Assembly: GCA_040220135.1 (NCBI GenBank)
Contig: JAVJTT010000025.1
Span: forward strand, 106,146 to 170,145
DNA: 64,000 bases
Reading direction: 5' to 3'
Source of the DNA: Vicingaceae bacterium
GTDB taxonomy: Bacteria; Bacteroidota; Bacteroidia; Flavobacteriales_E; Vicingaceae
The notes under the pieces were generated by a model, which had not been told where the DNA came from, did not search any database, and worked only from the letters and a program-made list of their open reading frames with translations. Shown here piece by piece: positions 50,763 through 60,053 of the stretch; the stretch's first letter is position 1; every line of letters starts with the position of its first letter. Both the position numbers and the translations under genes were made by a program.

Positions 50763-51360
50763 CTAAATATCGTTTTGAGAGTTTATTCTTAGTTGGAAGC
50801 CAAAAAATTCCTTTTACATCAGCTTTCCATTTTGGAAGAATAAATATGAGGGTAATTTCTTCAACTGTTTCTAATAAACTGATGGCAATGGTTAAATAGA
50901 AGAGCCATTCTACCGCTTCATAGAAGAAGAGAACTAAAAAAAAGCTACCTTGAATCAAGGCTGCTGTTTTTGCTAAATAGGTATGAAAACTACTTGGTTT
51001 TCCATATTTGAAATAGGCAAGACTGAGTTGAATGATGTAGATACCCATAGCGGGAACGATAAAATTTATATGATTGATGATAAAGTCGGTTTCAAAATAA
51101 ATAACAGCTCCAACACAAACCAGAAATAAATAAGCATCTGCAAAAGAGTCAAGAGCTGCTCCATGCGGGGAAACTATTTTTAAACGATGTGCTATAAATC
51201 CATCTAAGGCATCTGTAAACAAAGCAACAAGTAAAACCCATTGAAATATTGTTCGGTAATCGTTCACTATCAGTCCAATTAATAGTGAACTAAAAATTAC
51301 CCTTGAAACAGAAATCCAATCAGCAATATTTAAACGAGATAGTTTGAATGAATTCAACAT
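50752..51360 (-). CDS. CDP-alcohol phosphatidyltransferase family protein
   Basis: DALDGFIAHRLKIVSPHGAALDSFADAYLF matches D-x2-DG-x2-AR-x8-G-x3-D-x3-D. Multiple TM segments. ATG at 51360. Confidence 0.8.
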   Translation of the reverse strand: MLNSFKLSRLNIADWISVSRVIFSSLLIGLIVNDYRTIFQWVLLVALFTDALDGFIAHRLKIVSPHGAALDSFADAYLFLVCVGAVIYFETDFIINHINFIVPAMGIYIIQLSLAYFKYGKPSSFHTYLAKTAALIQGSFFLVLFFYEAVEWLFYLTIAISLLETVEEITLIFILPKWKADVKGIFWLPTKNKLSKRYLDEK

Positions 51361-51362
51361 GG

Positions 51363-51755
51363 TTAAATTGATTTTAAAACCCATTTTAACTTTGAAGATA
51401 TTTCATCGGCTATTGAAACCAAGGCTTCGTTTTCAACTGCCATCATAGAAGCAATGGGATTTACAACACTTACTGTAAATGAATCTTGTTTATCACTTTC
51501 GGCAATAACAATGTTACAGGGTAGAAACACACCGATATGTTCTTCAGCTTTAAGAGCTTGATGTGCAAAGCGAGGATTGCAAGCCCCTAAAATTTGATAC
51601 TTCTTAAAGTTAACTTTTAACTTTTCTTTAAAAGCTTGTTGTAAATCAATTTCAGTAAGTACTCCAAATCCCTCTAATTCTAAAGCTTTTTTGGTACCGG
51701 CTACCAATTTTTCAAAAGTGGTATTATCAAAATTTCTTGTAAAGCAATACTCCAT
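51363..51755 (-). CDS. DUF302 domain protein
   Basis: LELEGFGVLTEIDLQQAFKEKLKVNFKKYQILGACNPRFAHQAL. Confidence 0.8.
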   Translation of the reverse strand: MEYCFTRNFDNTTFEKLVAGTKKALELEGFGVLTEIDLQQAFKEKLKVNFKKYQILGACNPRFAHQALKAEEHIGVFLPCNIVIAESDKQDSFTVSVVNPIASMMAVENEALVSIADEISSKLKWVLKSI

Positions 51756-52049
51756 TGTGGTTAATATTTAGAACAAAGAGCGTTCTATTCTTGTGATGCG
51801 GAAATGATGGTCAGCAGTTATAAAATTGACTTTTGTCAGGAATTATTGGGTAGGTACTGAATCTAAAGGAATGCTTTCAATTTCCAAACTGATTTATCAG
51901 ATGTTTGAGCCATGTCAGACTCTAGTGCAATTTTTGAAAGCTCGGCTACTGACCTTTATCAGGTTTTAAACTGATGATGAGCATGCCCTAAGCCATGGCA
52001 TTAACCAATTTTGTAGCTTGTTTCACTACTCAACGAAATTTAGCACAAG

Positions 52050-53735
52050 ATGCAAAACATAGATATTTGGAAGTTTTTAGCAGGCTTGGGTATTTTTTTA
52101 ATGGGTCTTTTTTTTATAGAAGAATCCCTGAAAAATATGGCAGGCGGATCCTTTAAACGTTTTCTAAGAAAGCATACCAACAACCGGATTAAAGCCATTT
52201 TAAGCGGGACGGTAGTTACAGCAATTTTGCAAAGCAGTTCTGTTGTTTCTTTAATTGTGTTGGCATTTGTAGGTGCTGGTGTTATGAACTTGAGCAATGC
52301 CTTAGGTGTAATTGTAGGCTCTAATTTAGGCACCACCTTTACCGGATGGATTGTAGCTACGCTCGGTTTTCAGTTAAATATTGAGAGCTTTTCCATGCCA
52401 TTTATTGCCATTGGTGGCTTGTCTTTATTGTTTTTGAAAGACAAAAAGAAGCTTGTAGAATTAGGTCGTTTTGTCATGGGCTTTGGGCTGCTCTTTCTTG
52501 GGCTCAACTTTATGAAAATAAGTGTAGAGCAGTTTGCTGATAATTTCAACTTAGATAGGTATGTTCAATATGGGCCTTACCTTCTCTTAATTGTAGGATT
52601 CGTTCTAACTGCCATTATTCAGTCAAGCTCTGCTGCCATGGTTATTACCTTGAGTGCTTTACATGGTGGGTTAATCAATTTAGAGGGAGCAGCAGGCATT
52701 GTAATTGGCAGCGATTTGGGTACTACCATTACTGTGGTTTTGGGTAGTTTAAACGGAACTGCGGCTAAAAAAAGGGTAGCCCTAAGTCATGTTGGTTTTA
52801 ACACCCTTACCGCGCTTATCGCCCTTATTTTTCTTTATCCGCTTTTGAATCTTATCAGCAATACGTTCTCTATACAAGATGAATTAATGGCATTGGTTGC
52901 CTTTCACAGTATTTTTAATGTAATTGGAATAATTGTATGCTTCCCCTTTTTAGGACTTTTTGCACGCTTCTTAGAAAATCGTTTTCAATCGCAAAATAGC
53001 AGACCGAGCCTTTACATTAGCAAAGTATCTACTGAAGTTCCTGAAGCTGCTATTGCTGCATTAAAAAATGAACTACTACACCTAACTGAGCTTTTGTTTT
53101 TACTGCATCTAAAGGTACTTCAGTTGAAGACAGAGTTATTTAATTTTAAAAGGAATAGCAAAGAACAAGAAAGCTTATTGTATGATAAATCTTACGATTA
53201 CCTAAAAATTTACGAAGCCATAAAGCTTTTAGAGAGCGAATTAGTCCCTTATTACCTCAAAATTCAAAATGAGAAATTAGAGGCGGAAGAATCTAATGCC
53301 CTAAATCAATTAATTCGAGCAATCCGATACGCTATGGAATCTGCAAAGGGGATTAAAGATATAGCCCATAATATTGAAGGTTTTGAACGATCTGCAAATG
53401 ACAATAAAATTGCATTGTATGAATTATTAAAAGGTCGTTTGATTGAGTTTTACCTCAATCTATATCATATTCTAAATCAAGAAGTAGCTCTAACAGAATT
53501 TGAGTTTTTGGCAGATGCTGCCAAAGAGAATCAACAAATTTTTGATCATTTTTTGACGGAGGCTTACCAACAAATTAATCAGCAGAATTTAAGTGAAATG
53601 GAAATTCCGACTATTTTAAATGTGAACCGAGAAATATACAACGCCAATTTAGCTCTAATATTTACCTTGAAAGATCTCTTGCTTTCGGCGGAGAGTGCTA
53701 ATAGTTTTACTTTAATTCCTCATGGGAATGATTAG
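52050..53735 (+). CDS. Na+/phosphate cotransporter family protein with PhoU-like C-terminal region
   Basis: FLAGLGIFLMGLFFIEESLKNMAG..FKRFL, two QSSS(V/A) motifs (LQSSSVVSL, IQSSSAAMV), and a helical C-terminal ~230 aa. Confidence 0.85.
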   Translation: MQNIDIWKFLAGLGIFLMGLFFIEESLKNMAGGSFKRFLRKHTNNRIKAILSGTVVTAILQSSSVVSLIVLAFVGAGVMNLSNALGVIVGSNLGTTFTGWIVATLGFQLNIESFSMPFIAIGGLSLLFLKDKKKLVELGRFVMGFGLLFLGLNFMKISVEQFADNFNLDRYVQYGPYLLLIVGFVLTAIIQSSSAAMVITLSALHGGLINLEGAAGIVIGSDLGTTITVVLGSLNGTAAKKRVALSHVGFNTLTALIALIFLYPLLNLISNTFSIQDELMALVAFHSIFNVIGIIVCFPFLGLFARFLENRFQSQNSRPSLYISKVSTEVPEAAIAALKNELLHLTELLFLLHLKVLQLKTELFNFKRNSKEQESLLYDKSYDYLKIYEAIKLLESELVPYYLKIQNEKLEAEESNALNQLIRAIRYAMESAKGIKDIAHNIEGFERSANDNKIALYELLKGRLIEFYLNLYHILNQEVALTEFEFLADAAKENQQIFDHFLTEAYQQINQQNLSEMEIPTILNVNREIYNANLALIFTLKDLLLSAESANSFTLIPHGND

Positions 53736-53803
53736 ATTTTTTCATATTTGAACAATTTTGATTTATTTGTTATTTATTAACCATGACTTCTCTCACATTT
53801 TAA

Positions 53804-54625
53804 ATGAATAAAATCTTACTCTGCACCGATTGTTCGGAAAATGCTAAACAAGCAACCGATCAATGCCTATTTCTTTTTAAAGATCAACCCACAACTTATC
53901 TGTTGCTCTATACTTATTCTATAGAAGATAAGAACGTTAAAGATCTTGTTGCGTATAATGATGGTCTAAAAAAACATGTTAATCAATGTTTAGAGGCTGA
54001 AGTTGAACGTATCAAAAAGCTGCCTTATGCTCAAAATATTTCAATTGTCACCCGATCTGTATTTGGTAAAACGGAAAATGTGATTAAACGATTTATTGCA
54101 AAAAGTGAGGTAGACTTGATTGCTATTGGCAATCAAGGAAACAATTACTCTACCACTCGGTTATTCGGTTCTACGGCAGAAAGATTATTGTACGACATAG
54201 AACGCCCCAAGCTAATTGTTCCTAAACAACTGAGAACACCATCCTCTGCTAAGGAGGTCTTAGTAGTTCAAGAAAATGAACTACATAACATGGAATGGTG
54301 GTCAACAGTTACGGCCATTTCTAAGCTCGACAATTTGAGTTTTAAATTGGTCGTACTTCCCAACGCAAAAGGAAATAAAGCCGAAATCTCTATTCCTTCT
54401 TCTATTCATAAATACCTTACTTCTTTAACTGATTTTTCTACATCTACCACTTCTGAGCTAAAGGAGCAAATTCAGAAGGTCATTCAGGCAGAAAAGCCAA
54501 GCTTATTACACCTGAACATTAAAGACCTGTATTTAGCAGAGCAACTGCTGAAAGAAAGTCAACCCATTAATTCTGTTTTCAATAAAGTTCCATTTTTTGT
54601 GCAGCCGTTTCGTAATATGCGATAA
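53804..54625 (+). CDS. USP-like protein (divergent tandem USP)
   Basis: MNKILLCTDCSENAKQATDQ..., DLIAIGNQGNNYSTTRLFGSTAERLL. Confidence 0.65.
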   Translation: MNKILLCTDCSENAKQATDQCLFLFKDQPTTYLLLYTYSIEDKNVKDLVAYNDGLKKHVNQCLEAEVERIKKLPYAQNISIVTRSVFGKTENVIKRFIAKSEVDLIAIGNQGNNYSTTRLFGSTAERLLYDIERPKLIVPKQLRTPSSAKEVLVVQENELHNMEWWSTVTAISKLDNLSFKLVVLPNAKGNKAEISIPSSIHKYLTSLTDFSTSTTSELKEQIQKVIQAEKPSLLHLNIKDLYLAEQLLKESQPINSVFNKVPFFVQPFRNMR

Positions 54626-54751
54626 TTAAATATGCAATCAGATTCACTTATTGCTTTATTAGGAATTGTAACAGTAGACACAGATTATTACAGAAAAGTT
54701 AGAAGAACTCTATCAGTCAATGCAAACCTACCTTATAAAGTCAGTTTATTA

Positions 54752-54767
54752 TCTGATAAAAATCAGA
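54752..54767. promoter_or_regulatory. Palindrome TCTGAT-AAAA-ATCAGA upstream of hsp20 (candidate operator)
   Basis: Perfect 6+6 dyad, 88 nt upstream of the ATG at 54855. Related CTGA-N6-TCAG sites occur at 51949-51962 and 55739-55752. Confidence 0.3.
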
Positions 54768-54854
54768 CTGCTAGTTGATTAGCATCATTTTCAAACCGAT
54801 TCTTCAAGCTCAAATTTGTTATGTAAATATTTTTAATCATTTAAAACAAAAACC

Positions 54855-55295
54855 ATGAGCTTATTAGTAAAAAGAAACGGCAACAACTTTATTAGACCAT
54901 TTCCATCTGTATTTTCAGATTTTTTTGACGATGATAATCTCTTTGAAAGAAATTATCTAAAGCCTGCATTACCTGCTGTAAATGTAAAGGAGAACAAAAA
55001 TAACTTTGAAATTGAGTTGGCTGCTCCAGGCATGAAAAAAGATGACTTTAAAGTAGATGTGGATAACGGAGTTTTGTCTATCTCTTCCGAGAAGGAAGAA
55101 AGCAGTGAAGAAACGGAAGAAAACTACACTCGAAAAGAGTTTAGTTACTCCTCCTTCAAAAGAGCATTTACCCTGCCTGATAACGTAGACAACGAAAACA
55201 TTAAGGCAAAGTATAGCGATGGTGTTTTAGGCATAACCTTGAAAAAGAAAAAGGAAGCAGCAGTGCAAGCACCTAAAACCATCAGTATTCAGTAA
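54855..55295 (+). CDS. Hsp20/alpha-crystallin family small heat-shock protein
   Basis: PAVNVKENKNNFEIELAAPGMKKDDFKVDVDNGVLSISSEK...F.R.F.LP..VD...I.A.Y.DGVL.I.L.K. Confidence 0.9.
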   Translation: MSLLVKRNGNNFIRPFPSVFSDFFDDDNLFERNYLKPALPAVNVKENKNNFEIELAAPGMKKDDFKVDVDNGVLSISSEKEESSEETEENYTRKEFSYSSFKRAFTLPDNVDNENIKAKYSDGVLGITLKKKKEAAVQAPKTISIQ

Positions 55296-55327
55296 TACCT
55301 TTAACCAATTGGATCTTCAAGAAGAAA

Positions 55328-55364
55328 GAAGCAATCTACTAAAAGTGAGATTGCTTCTTTTTTT
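55328..55364 (+). terminator. Rho-independent terminator after hsp20
   Basis: GAAGCAATCT (55328-55337) / AGATTGCTTC (55348-55357) followed by TTTTTTT. Confidence 0.65.
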
Positions 55365-55424
55365 AAAGCCTATTCCTGATTAAATAATTCGGGTTTAAAT
55401 AAATTATATCTAAAATCAAGCAGC

Positions 55425-55724
55425 ATGTCAAAATTTAACGCTCTAATCAATAGTGAAACGCCTGTTTTGGTAGATTTCTTTGCAGAATGGTGTGGTCCAT
55501 GCAAAACCATGTCGCCCATTTTAAAACAAGCAGCAGGAATGCTCAAAAACAAGGTAAAAATTATTAAGGTGGACATTGACAAAAATCCCGCGGTTGCCCG
55601 AAAATATAATGTTCGAGGGGTACCCAATTTTATTCTATTTCATAAAGGCGAAATTAAATGGCAGCAATCAGGAGTTATGTCGGCGCAGCAAATGGTTAAT
55701 CTCATTCAGCAGAAAATAGCTTAA
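55425..55724 (+). CDS. trxA: Thioredoxin
   Basis: 99 aa with VLVDFFAEWCGPCKTMSPIL. Confidence 0.9.
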   Translation: MSKFNALINSETPVLVDFFAEWCGPCKTMSPILKQAAGMLKNKVKIIKVDIDKNPAVARKYNVRGVPNFILFHKGEIKWQQSGVMSAQQMVNLIQQKIA

Positions 55725-55834
55725 TCTATTCTCTCTACCTGACAATTATCAGTCTTTCAACTGATGGTTTTCATTTTTTCTCCCTTGATTCCGTAGCAAC
55801 TTTGAAAGGTAATTAAACTCTAAAAATAAGTAAG

Positions 55835-56290
55835 ATGGAATTTCGATTAAGACCCACCAACAATTTTGTAAATGAAGCCGATTGGCAAGAATTGCACACC
55901 TTATCTCTTCATTGGAAATCTGACATGGCTTTTTACTCCGATGAACTTCGTTTTCTGAGAAAACTGATTGACAAATACTTTGTGTGGTTAATGAAAGCGG
56001 AGAGCATTAAGGCAACTCAAGATTTACTGAATCGCCTTACAAAAACGCAGTCTAGGGCCGAGGATATTGTTTCCACTATTGACAAACATGTAAAGCACAT
56101 TGCAAAAGAAATAAAGTACCCTTTGGTACATAACGATAAAGCCTTCAGAGATGAACACGCTGAATTGGAAGAGCTAATTGCTGCCTTTGTTAAGGATTTT
56201 AGAGTGCTGAAGAAAAAAGTGTTTGATTTGACTGAAGACGTTTTAGTGGAAGAAAAAATCAAGCATTTAGCTGCTCGTTATGAAGATTGA
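55835..56290 (+). CDS. Hypothetical protein
   Basis: 151-aa helical ORF upstream of the J-protein gene. No motif recognised. Confidence 0.5.
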   Translation: MEFRLRPTNNFVNEADWQELHTLSLHWKSDMAFYSDELRFLRKLIDKYFVWLMKAESIKATQDLLNRLTKTQSRAEDIVSTIDKHVKHIAKEIKYPLVHNDKAFRDEHAELEELIAAFVKDFRVLKKKVFDLTEDVLVEEKIKHLAARYED

Positions 56291-56483
56291 AAATTTAGAA
56301 ACGGCTAATTCTTATCGTATTTACTTTCATAGACTTTACAATGACCGATATGAAAAGTCGATTCAAAAGGTTGAAAGAAATAAAGACCATTTAGCCGTGT
56401 TTCTTGAAAACCAAGAGGAAAGAATCCTTTTTAGAAAAGAGCAAATTAACGGTTGGGGTGATTTTTCAAACTTATTGAAGTAA
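56280..56483 (+). CDS. Hypothetical small protein
   Basis: 67-aa ORF overlapping the previous gene by 11 nt and ending 5 nt before the J-protein gene. Confidence 0.4.
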   Translation: MKIENLETANSYRIYFHRLYNDRYEKSIQKVERNKDHLAVFLENQEERILFRKEQINGWGDFSNLLK

Positions 56484-56488
56484 GTAGA

Positions 56489-57394
56489 ATGGAATACAAA
56501 GATTATTATAAAACATTAGGAGTACCAAAAACCGCAACTGCAGCTGAAATAAAAAAGGCATTTCGAAAGTTGGCAGTAAAATACCACCCAGACAAAAACC
56601 AAGGAGACAAAGCAGCTGAAGAAAAATTTAAGGAAGCCAACGAAGCGAATGAAATTTTAAGCGATCCTGAAAAGCGGAAACAATACGACGAATTAGGAGC
56701 TAATTGGAAGAACCGTCAACAATCAGCTAATTCAGCTCAATCTCAGCAAGGATACGGTTATCAGGGAGACCCTTCTCAGTTTTATGGAAGTGAAGGGGAT
56801 TTTTCAGACTTTTTTGAACACATTTTCAATCAAAGCAGACAAGGTGGAGGAAGACGGACTGCCTATAAAGGGCAGGACTTACAAGGAGAAATGGTCTTAA
56901 CCTTTGAGGAAGCTTATTTCGGAACCTCAAGGATTATTCAATTGGATAATCAAAAAATTAGAATTAAAACCAAAGCGGGTAGCAAGGATCAACAAGTTTT
57001 AAAAATTCCGGGTAAAGGTTTAGCGGGAATGAATAAGGGTACAAAAGGAGACTTGTATGTAAAGCTAACCGTATTGCCCGATCATCGTTATCAACGAAAA
57101 GGAGATGATTTAGTAATGCCATTGAACGTTGATTTATACACCGCTATTCTTGGTGGTAAGCTTACCGTTGCTACCATGAAAGGAAATATTAAGCTAACTA
57201 TTCCCGCAGGTACACAGCCTGATAATCTACTTCGTGTAAAGGGAAAAGGAATGCCCGTTTACAATAAAAAGGGGAACTATGGAGACTTATTGGTAAAAGT
57301 AAAGGTGCAAATACCAAAGCAATTATCTGTTGAAGAAAAAGAGCTTTTAAAGAAGCTACAACAATTAAAAACAAAAGAAACAACAACCGCTTAA
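56489..57394 (+). CDS. DnaJ-class co-chaperone lacking the zinc finger (CbpA-like)
   Basis: J domain [34 protein letters not shown]-rich linker. DnaJ C-terminal domains ([18 protein letters not shown]...GDLYVKL). No CxxCxGxG repeats. Confidence 0.85.
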   Translation: MEYKDYYKTLGVPKTATAAEIKKAFRKLAVKYHPDKNQGDKAAEEKFKEANEANEILSDPEKRKQYDELGANWKNRQQSANSAQSQQGYGYQGDPSQFYGSEGDFSDFFEHIFNQSRQGGGRRTAYKGQDLQGEMVLTFEEAYFGTSRIIQLDNQKIRIKTKAGSKDQQVLKIPGKGLAGMNKGTKGDLYVKLTVLPDHRYQRKGDDLVMPLNVDLYTAILGGKLTVATMKGNIKLTIPAGTQPDNLLRVKGKGMPVYNKKGNYGDLLVKVKVQIPKQLSVEEKELLKKLQQLKTKETTTA

Positions 57395-57404
57395 ATCTAA
57401 TACG

Positions 57405-57770
57405 ATGACAACTACTTTGGTAACATTTTGGGAATTAGAAGAAAGTCAGTTTTTAGCACGACTTCGCAAAGTCATTGAAGAATCGCAACTATTGTATACT
57501 GCCTCTCAATTAAAACAGCTTTTAGAAATTGAAAATGACGATGAAGTAAATTGGGCAATTCAGAAAGCAATCCAAGTTTTACAAAGGTTAAAGATGGATA
57601 GTAGGCTACATTTTAAACAGGTCTATTGTGCACAAGATGAAGTCATTCGTATTGATTGGCGACTCTCTTCTTTTGCCTACTTATTGGTAATACTGAATTG
57701 TGATTCAGAGCATCCCATAGTTGCTAAAACTCAAGTGGAATTAATTCGCACTAAAATTGAGTTATATTAA
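57405..57770 (+). CDS. Hypothetical protein (in the position of a CbpM-type modulator but not recognisably MerR-like)
   Basis: 121-aa ORF 10 nt after the J-protein gene. Confidence 0.45.
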   Translation: MTTTLVTFWELEESQFLARLRKVIEESQLLYTASQLKQLLEIENDDEVNWAIQKAIQVLQRLKMDSRLHFKQVYCAQDEVIRIDWRLSSFAYLLVILNCDSEHPIVAKTQVELIRTKIELY

Positions 57771-57779
57771 ATATAAAAT

Positions 57780-57841
57780 GATCAGTTTTCTACCTGACCA
57801 AAGTCATTCTATTTCAATAGGTCGCTTTCTAACTTTGATTG
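57780..57841 (+). repeat. 62-nt promoter-like repeat, copy 1 (contains TAACTTTG -7 box at 57830-57837)
   Basis: GATCAGTTTTCTACCTGACCAAAGTCATTCTATTTCAATAGGTCGCTTTCTAACTTTGATTG. 57 of 62 nt are identical to 59088-59149. Confidence 0.65.
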
Positions 57842-57980
57842 AAACAAATGTTAAGGATATGAATAAAAATTACTTCTCAACAAGCAAAAGAAATTGAAAA
57901 AGAGCGCAGAAGGCAAAATGAACTCTTTATTAATAATATAAAATAAATGATAATCAAATAAATACTAAAAATTGAAAACT

Positions 57981-58754
57981 ATGGGTCGAGTAGATAATAA
58001 AGTAGCCATTGTCACAGGAGGTGCTTCTGGCCTAGGAAAATCAAGTGCTTTTTTAATGGCACGTGAAGGCGCTAAAATTATAATAACAGATTTGGATGAA
58101 GAAAACGGGGCCAAAGTAGTGCAATTGATCAAAGATGATGGTGGCGAAGCGATATTCATTAAACATGATGTATCCAAAGAGGATCAATGGAAAAAAGTAA
58201 TCGCAACTACGCTCAAAAAATTTGGAAAACTTCATATTGTAGCTAATGCTGCTGGTATTGGTGTTGGTGGAACAGTAGAGGAAGTTACACTTGCAGATTG
58301 GAAAAAGCTTTTAAATATCAATCTGGATGGGAGTTTTCTTGGAACTCAATATGGAATTAAAGCTATGAAAGAGACAGGAGAGGGAGGATCAATTATTAAT
58401 TTTTCTTCCATCGAAGGTCTAGTTGGCGATGCTAATTTACCTGCATATAACGCAAGCAAGGGTGGAGTAACTATATTTACCAAGTCCGCTGCACTTCATT
58501 GTGCAAAACAGGGGTATGGAATCCGTGTTAATTCCATTCACCCTGCCTATATATGGACACCAATGGTAGAGAACTTTCTTAAAGCTCAAGGTGATGTAAA
58601 AAAAGGAAAAAAAATGCTAGAAAGCTTGCATCCTATTGGACATTTAGGAGAACCTGATGACATCGGTTATGGAGTTTTATATCTAGCTTCAGATGAAGCT
58701 AAATTTATTACTGGTTCCGAATTGGTAATTGATGGAGGTTATACTGCACAATAA
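57981..58754 (+). CDS. SDR family oxidoreductase (glucose 1-dehydrogenase / 3-oxoacyl-ACP reductase-like)
   Basis: ATG at 57981. VAIVTGGASGLGK, NAAG, and the S...YNASK catalytic motif. Confidence 0.9.
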   Translation: MGRVDNKVAIVTGGASGLGKSSAFLMAREGAKIIITDLDEENGAKVVQLIKDDGGEAIFIKHDVSKEDQWKKVIATTLKKFGKLHIVANAAGIGVGGTVEEVTLADWKKLLNINLDGSFLGTQYGIKAMKETGEGGSIINFSSIEGLVGDANLPAYNASKGGVTIFTKSAALHCAKQGYGIRVNSIHPAYIWTPMVENFLKAQGDVKKGKKMLESLHPIGHLGEPDDIGYGVLYLASDEAKFITGSELVIDGGYTAQ

Positions 58755-59087
58755 AAACAGTATAAATTTTTTGAATGAAGTTACTAGAATAAGTCGTAAA
58801 ATACTGCGGAAAAGTAATTGAATATCAGCTGCTTTTGCACTTAGAAACACATGTTATTTTACAGAATATTCCAAAATAGTAGTAATGAGGAATTAAGGGT
58901 AAAAATCTAATTATACAAATTAAGTTTTTATTGCAGCATTCAATTAAAAATATTTTAAAAAAAACTGTCGCATTGGTATATGCCGAGCGATTATAAAACA
59001 ATCAAACAAAAAACGAAGTATGCGACATTTTAAGAGGAAAGCTGTATTATTAATAAGTCTTGATCTAATTTGAATTGATCTAAAAAA

Positions 59088-59149
59088 GATCAGTTTTCTG
59101 TCTGACCAAATTCATTCTATTTCATTAAGTCGCTTTCTAACTTTGATTG
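59088..59149 (+). repeat. 62-nt promoter-like repeat, copy 2 (TAACTTTG at 59138-59145, 21 nt before the ATG at 59166)
   Basis: GATCAGTTTTCTGTCTGACCAAATTCATTCTATTTCATTAAGTCGCTTTCTAACTTTGATTG. Confidence 0.65.
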
Positions 59150-59165
59150 CAAAAATGGCAAGGCT

Positions 59166-59462
59166 ATGAAAAAAATCACCAAAAAAAAAGCAACAGAGAA
59201 TGGCAGTCTATTAGGCATTAATTGGCAAGAAGTAAACCTTAATGAATTTTCAGATGGCATTAATGTTGAATTTGAACATGGCAGTAGGTATCCTGAAACC
59301 AATGTAACCAATGACGATTTAAAGCTTACAGGAAAAATAGCTTGGGCTCACTTAAAAGAATTTCCCGACTACTATACTCGCTTAGAAAAAATGGAAAAAG
59401 AAGCAGAAGCATATTGGCTTGGAAAAAGTCAAATTCAATCTAAAGATGGAAACCATTTATAA
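59166..59462 (+). CDS. Hypothetical protein (possibly DUF5661-like)
   Basis: 98 aa. GINVEFEHGSRYPETNVTNDDLKLTGKIAWAHLKEFPDYYTRLEKME. The family name is from memory only. Confidence 0.45.
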   Translation: MKKITKKKATENGSLLGINWQEVNLNEFSDGINVEFEHGSRYPETNVTNDDLKLTGKIAWAHLKEFPDYYTRLEKMEKEAEAYWLGKSQIQSKDGNHL

Positions 59463-59841
59463 AAAGCAATCCATGACTGAAAAAACAGAACTCATGAAAA
59501 AGATGAAGGCCGATACTACTTTGTGGATCTGTGATGTAGATTATTGGAATGATGAAGTAGATGACTGTCAGTTGCTGTTGGAAAAGAACTTAGCTCAAAT
59601 AGACGAATTAGAAGAACGAAAGCGGTTAGAGCAGTTTCAGAATCAAATTATTTACTACAGGGATGAATTATTGCCCGAACTTAAACACGATTTAGTTCAG
59701 CATCAGAAAGTATTGGAAAGTAATACTCCATTAGAAAAGTTAGTAAAATCTAATGAAGAACTAAATATGCGGCAAATGGCTATTCATGAGCAGATGAAAG
59801 AAAGAAGAAGACAATTGAATCTATTTATTAATAATATATAA
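59446..59841 (+). CDS. Hypothetical helical protein
   Basis: ORF 59419..59841 (TTG). ATG options at 59446 or 59473. Loose W..D..YW.DE similarity to the 55835 product (W.S...FY.DE). Confidence 0.4.
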   Translation: METIYKKQSMTEKTELMKKMKADTTLWICDVDYWNDEVDDCQLLLEKNLAQIDELEERKRLEQFQNQIIYYRDELLPELKHDLVQHQKVLESNTPLEKLVKSNEELNMRQMAIHEQMKERRRQLNLFINNI

Positions 59842-59852
59842 CACTAGAAATC

Positions 59853-60050
59853 ATGAAAAAAAATGTAGGAGGGTACGATATATTTATACGTTATTTTTTA
59901 GCTGCCATGGCATTTGGAATTGGTTACCATTATGGCTCTTGGTGGGGCTTGGTAGGTATTGTGCCACTACTGACAGCTTATTTTAATTTTTGTCCGTTAT
60001 ATCGAATATTTGGATGGTCTACGTGCAAAAGGAGAATTAAGGAAGAATAA
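59853..60050 (+). CDS. DUF2892 (YgaP-like) small membrane protein
   Basis: 65 aa. GGYDIFIRYFLAAMAFGIGY...GLVGIVPLLTAYFNFCPLYRIFGWSTC. Confidence 0.65.
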   Translation: MKKNVGGYDIFIRYFLAAMAFGIGYHYGSWWGLVGIVPLLTAYFNFCPLYRIFGWSTCKRRIKEE

Positions 60051-60053
60051 AAG

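Noticed and set aside
52040-52336. 98-aa minus-strand ORF.
   Set aside because: It is antisense to the 5' end of the Na/Pi cotransporter gene, whose signature motifs are clear.
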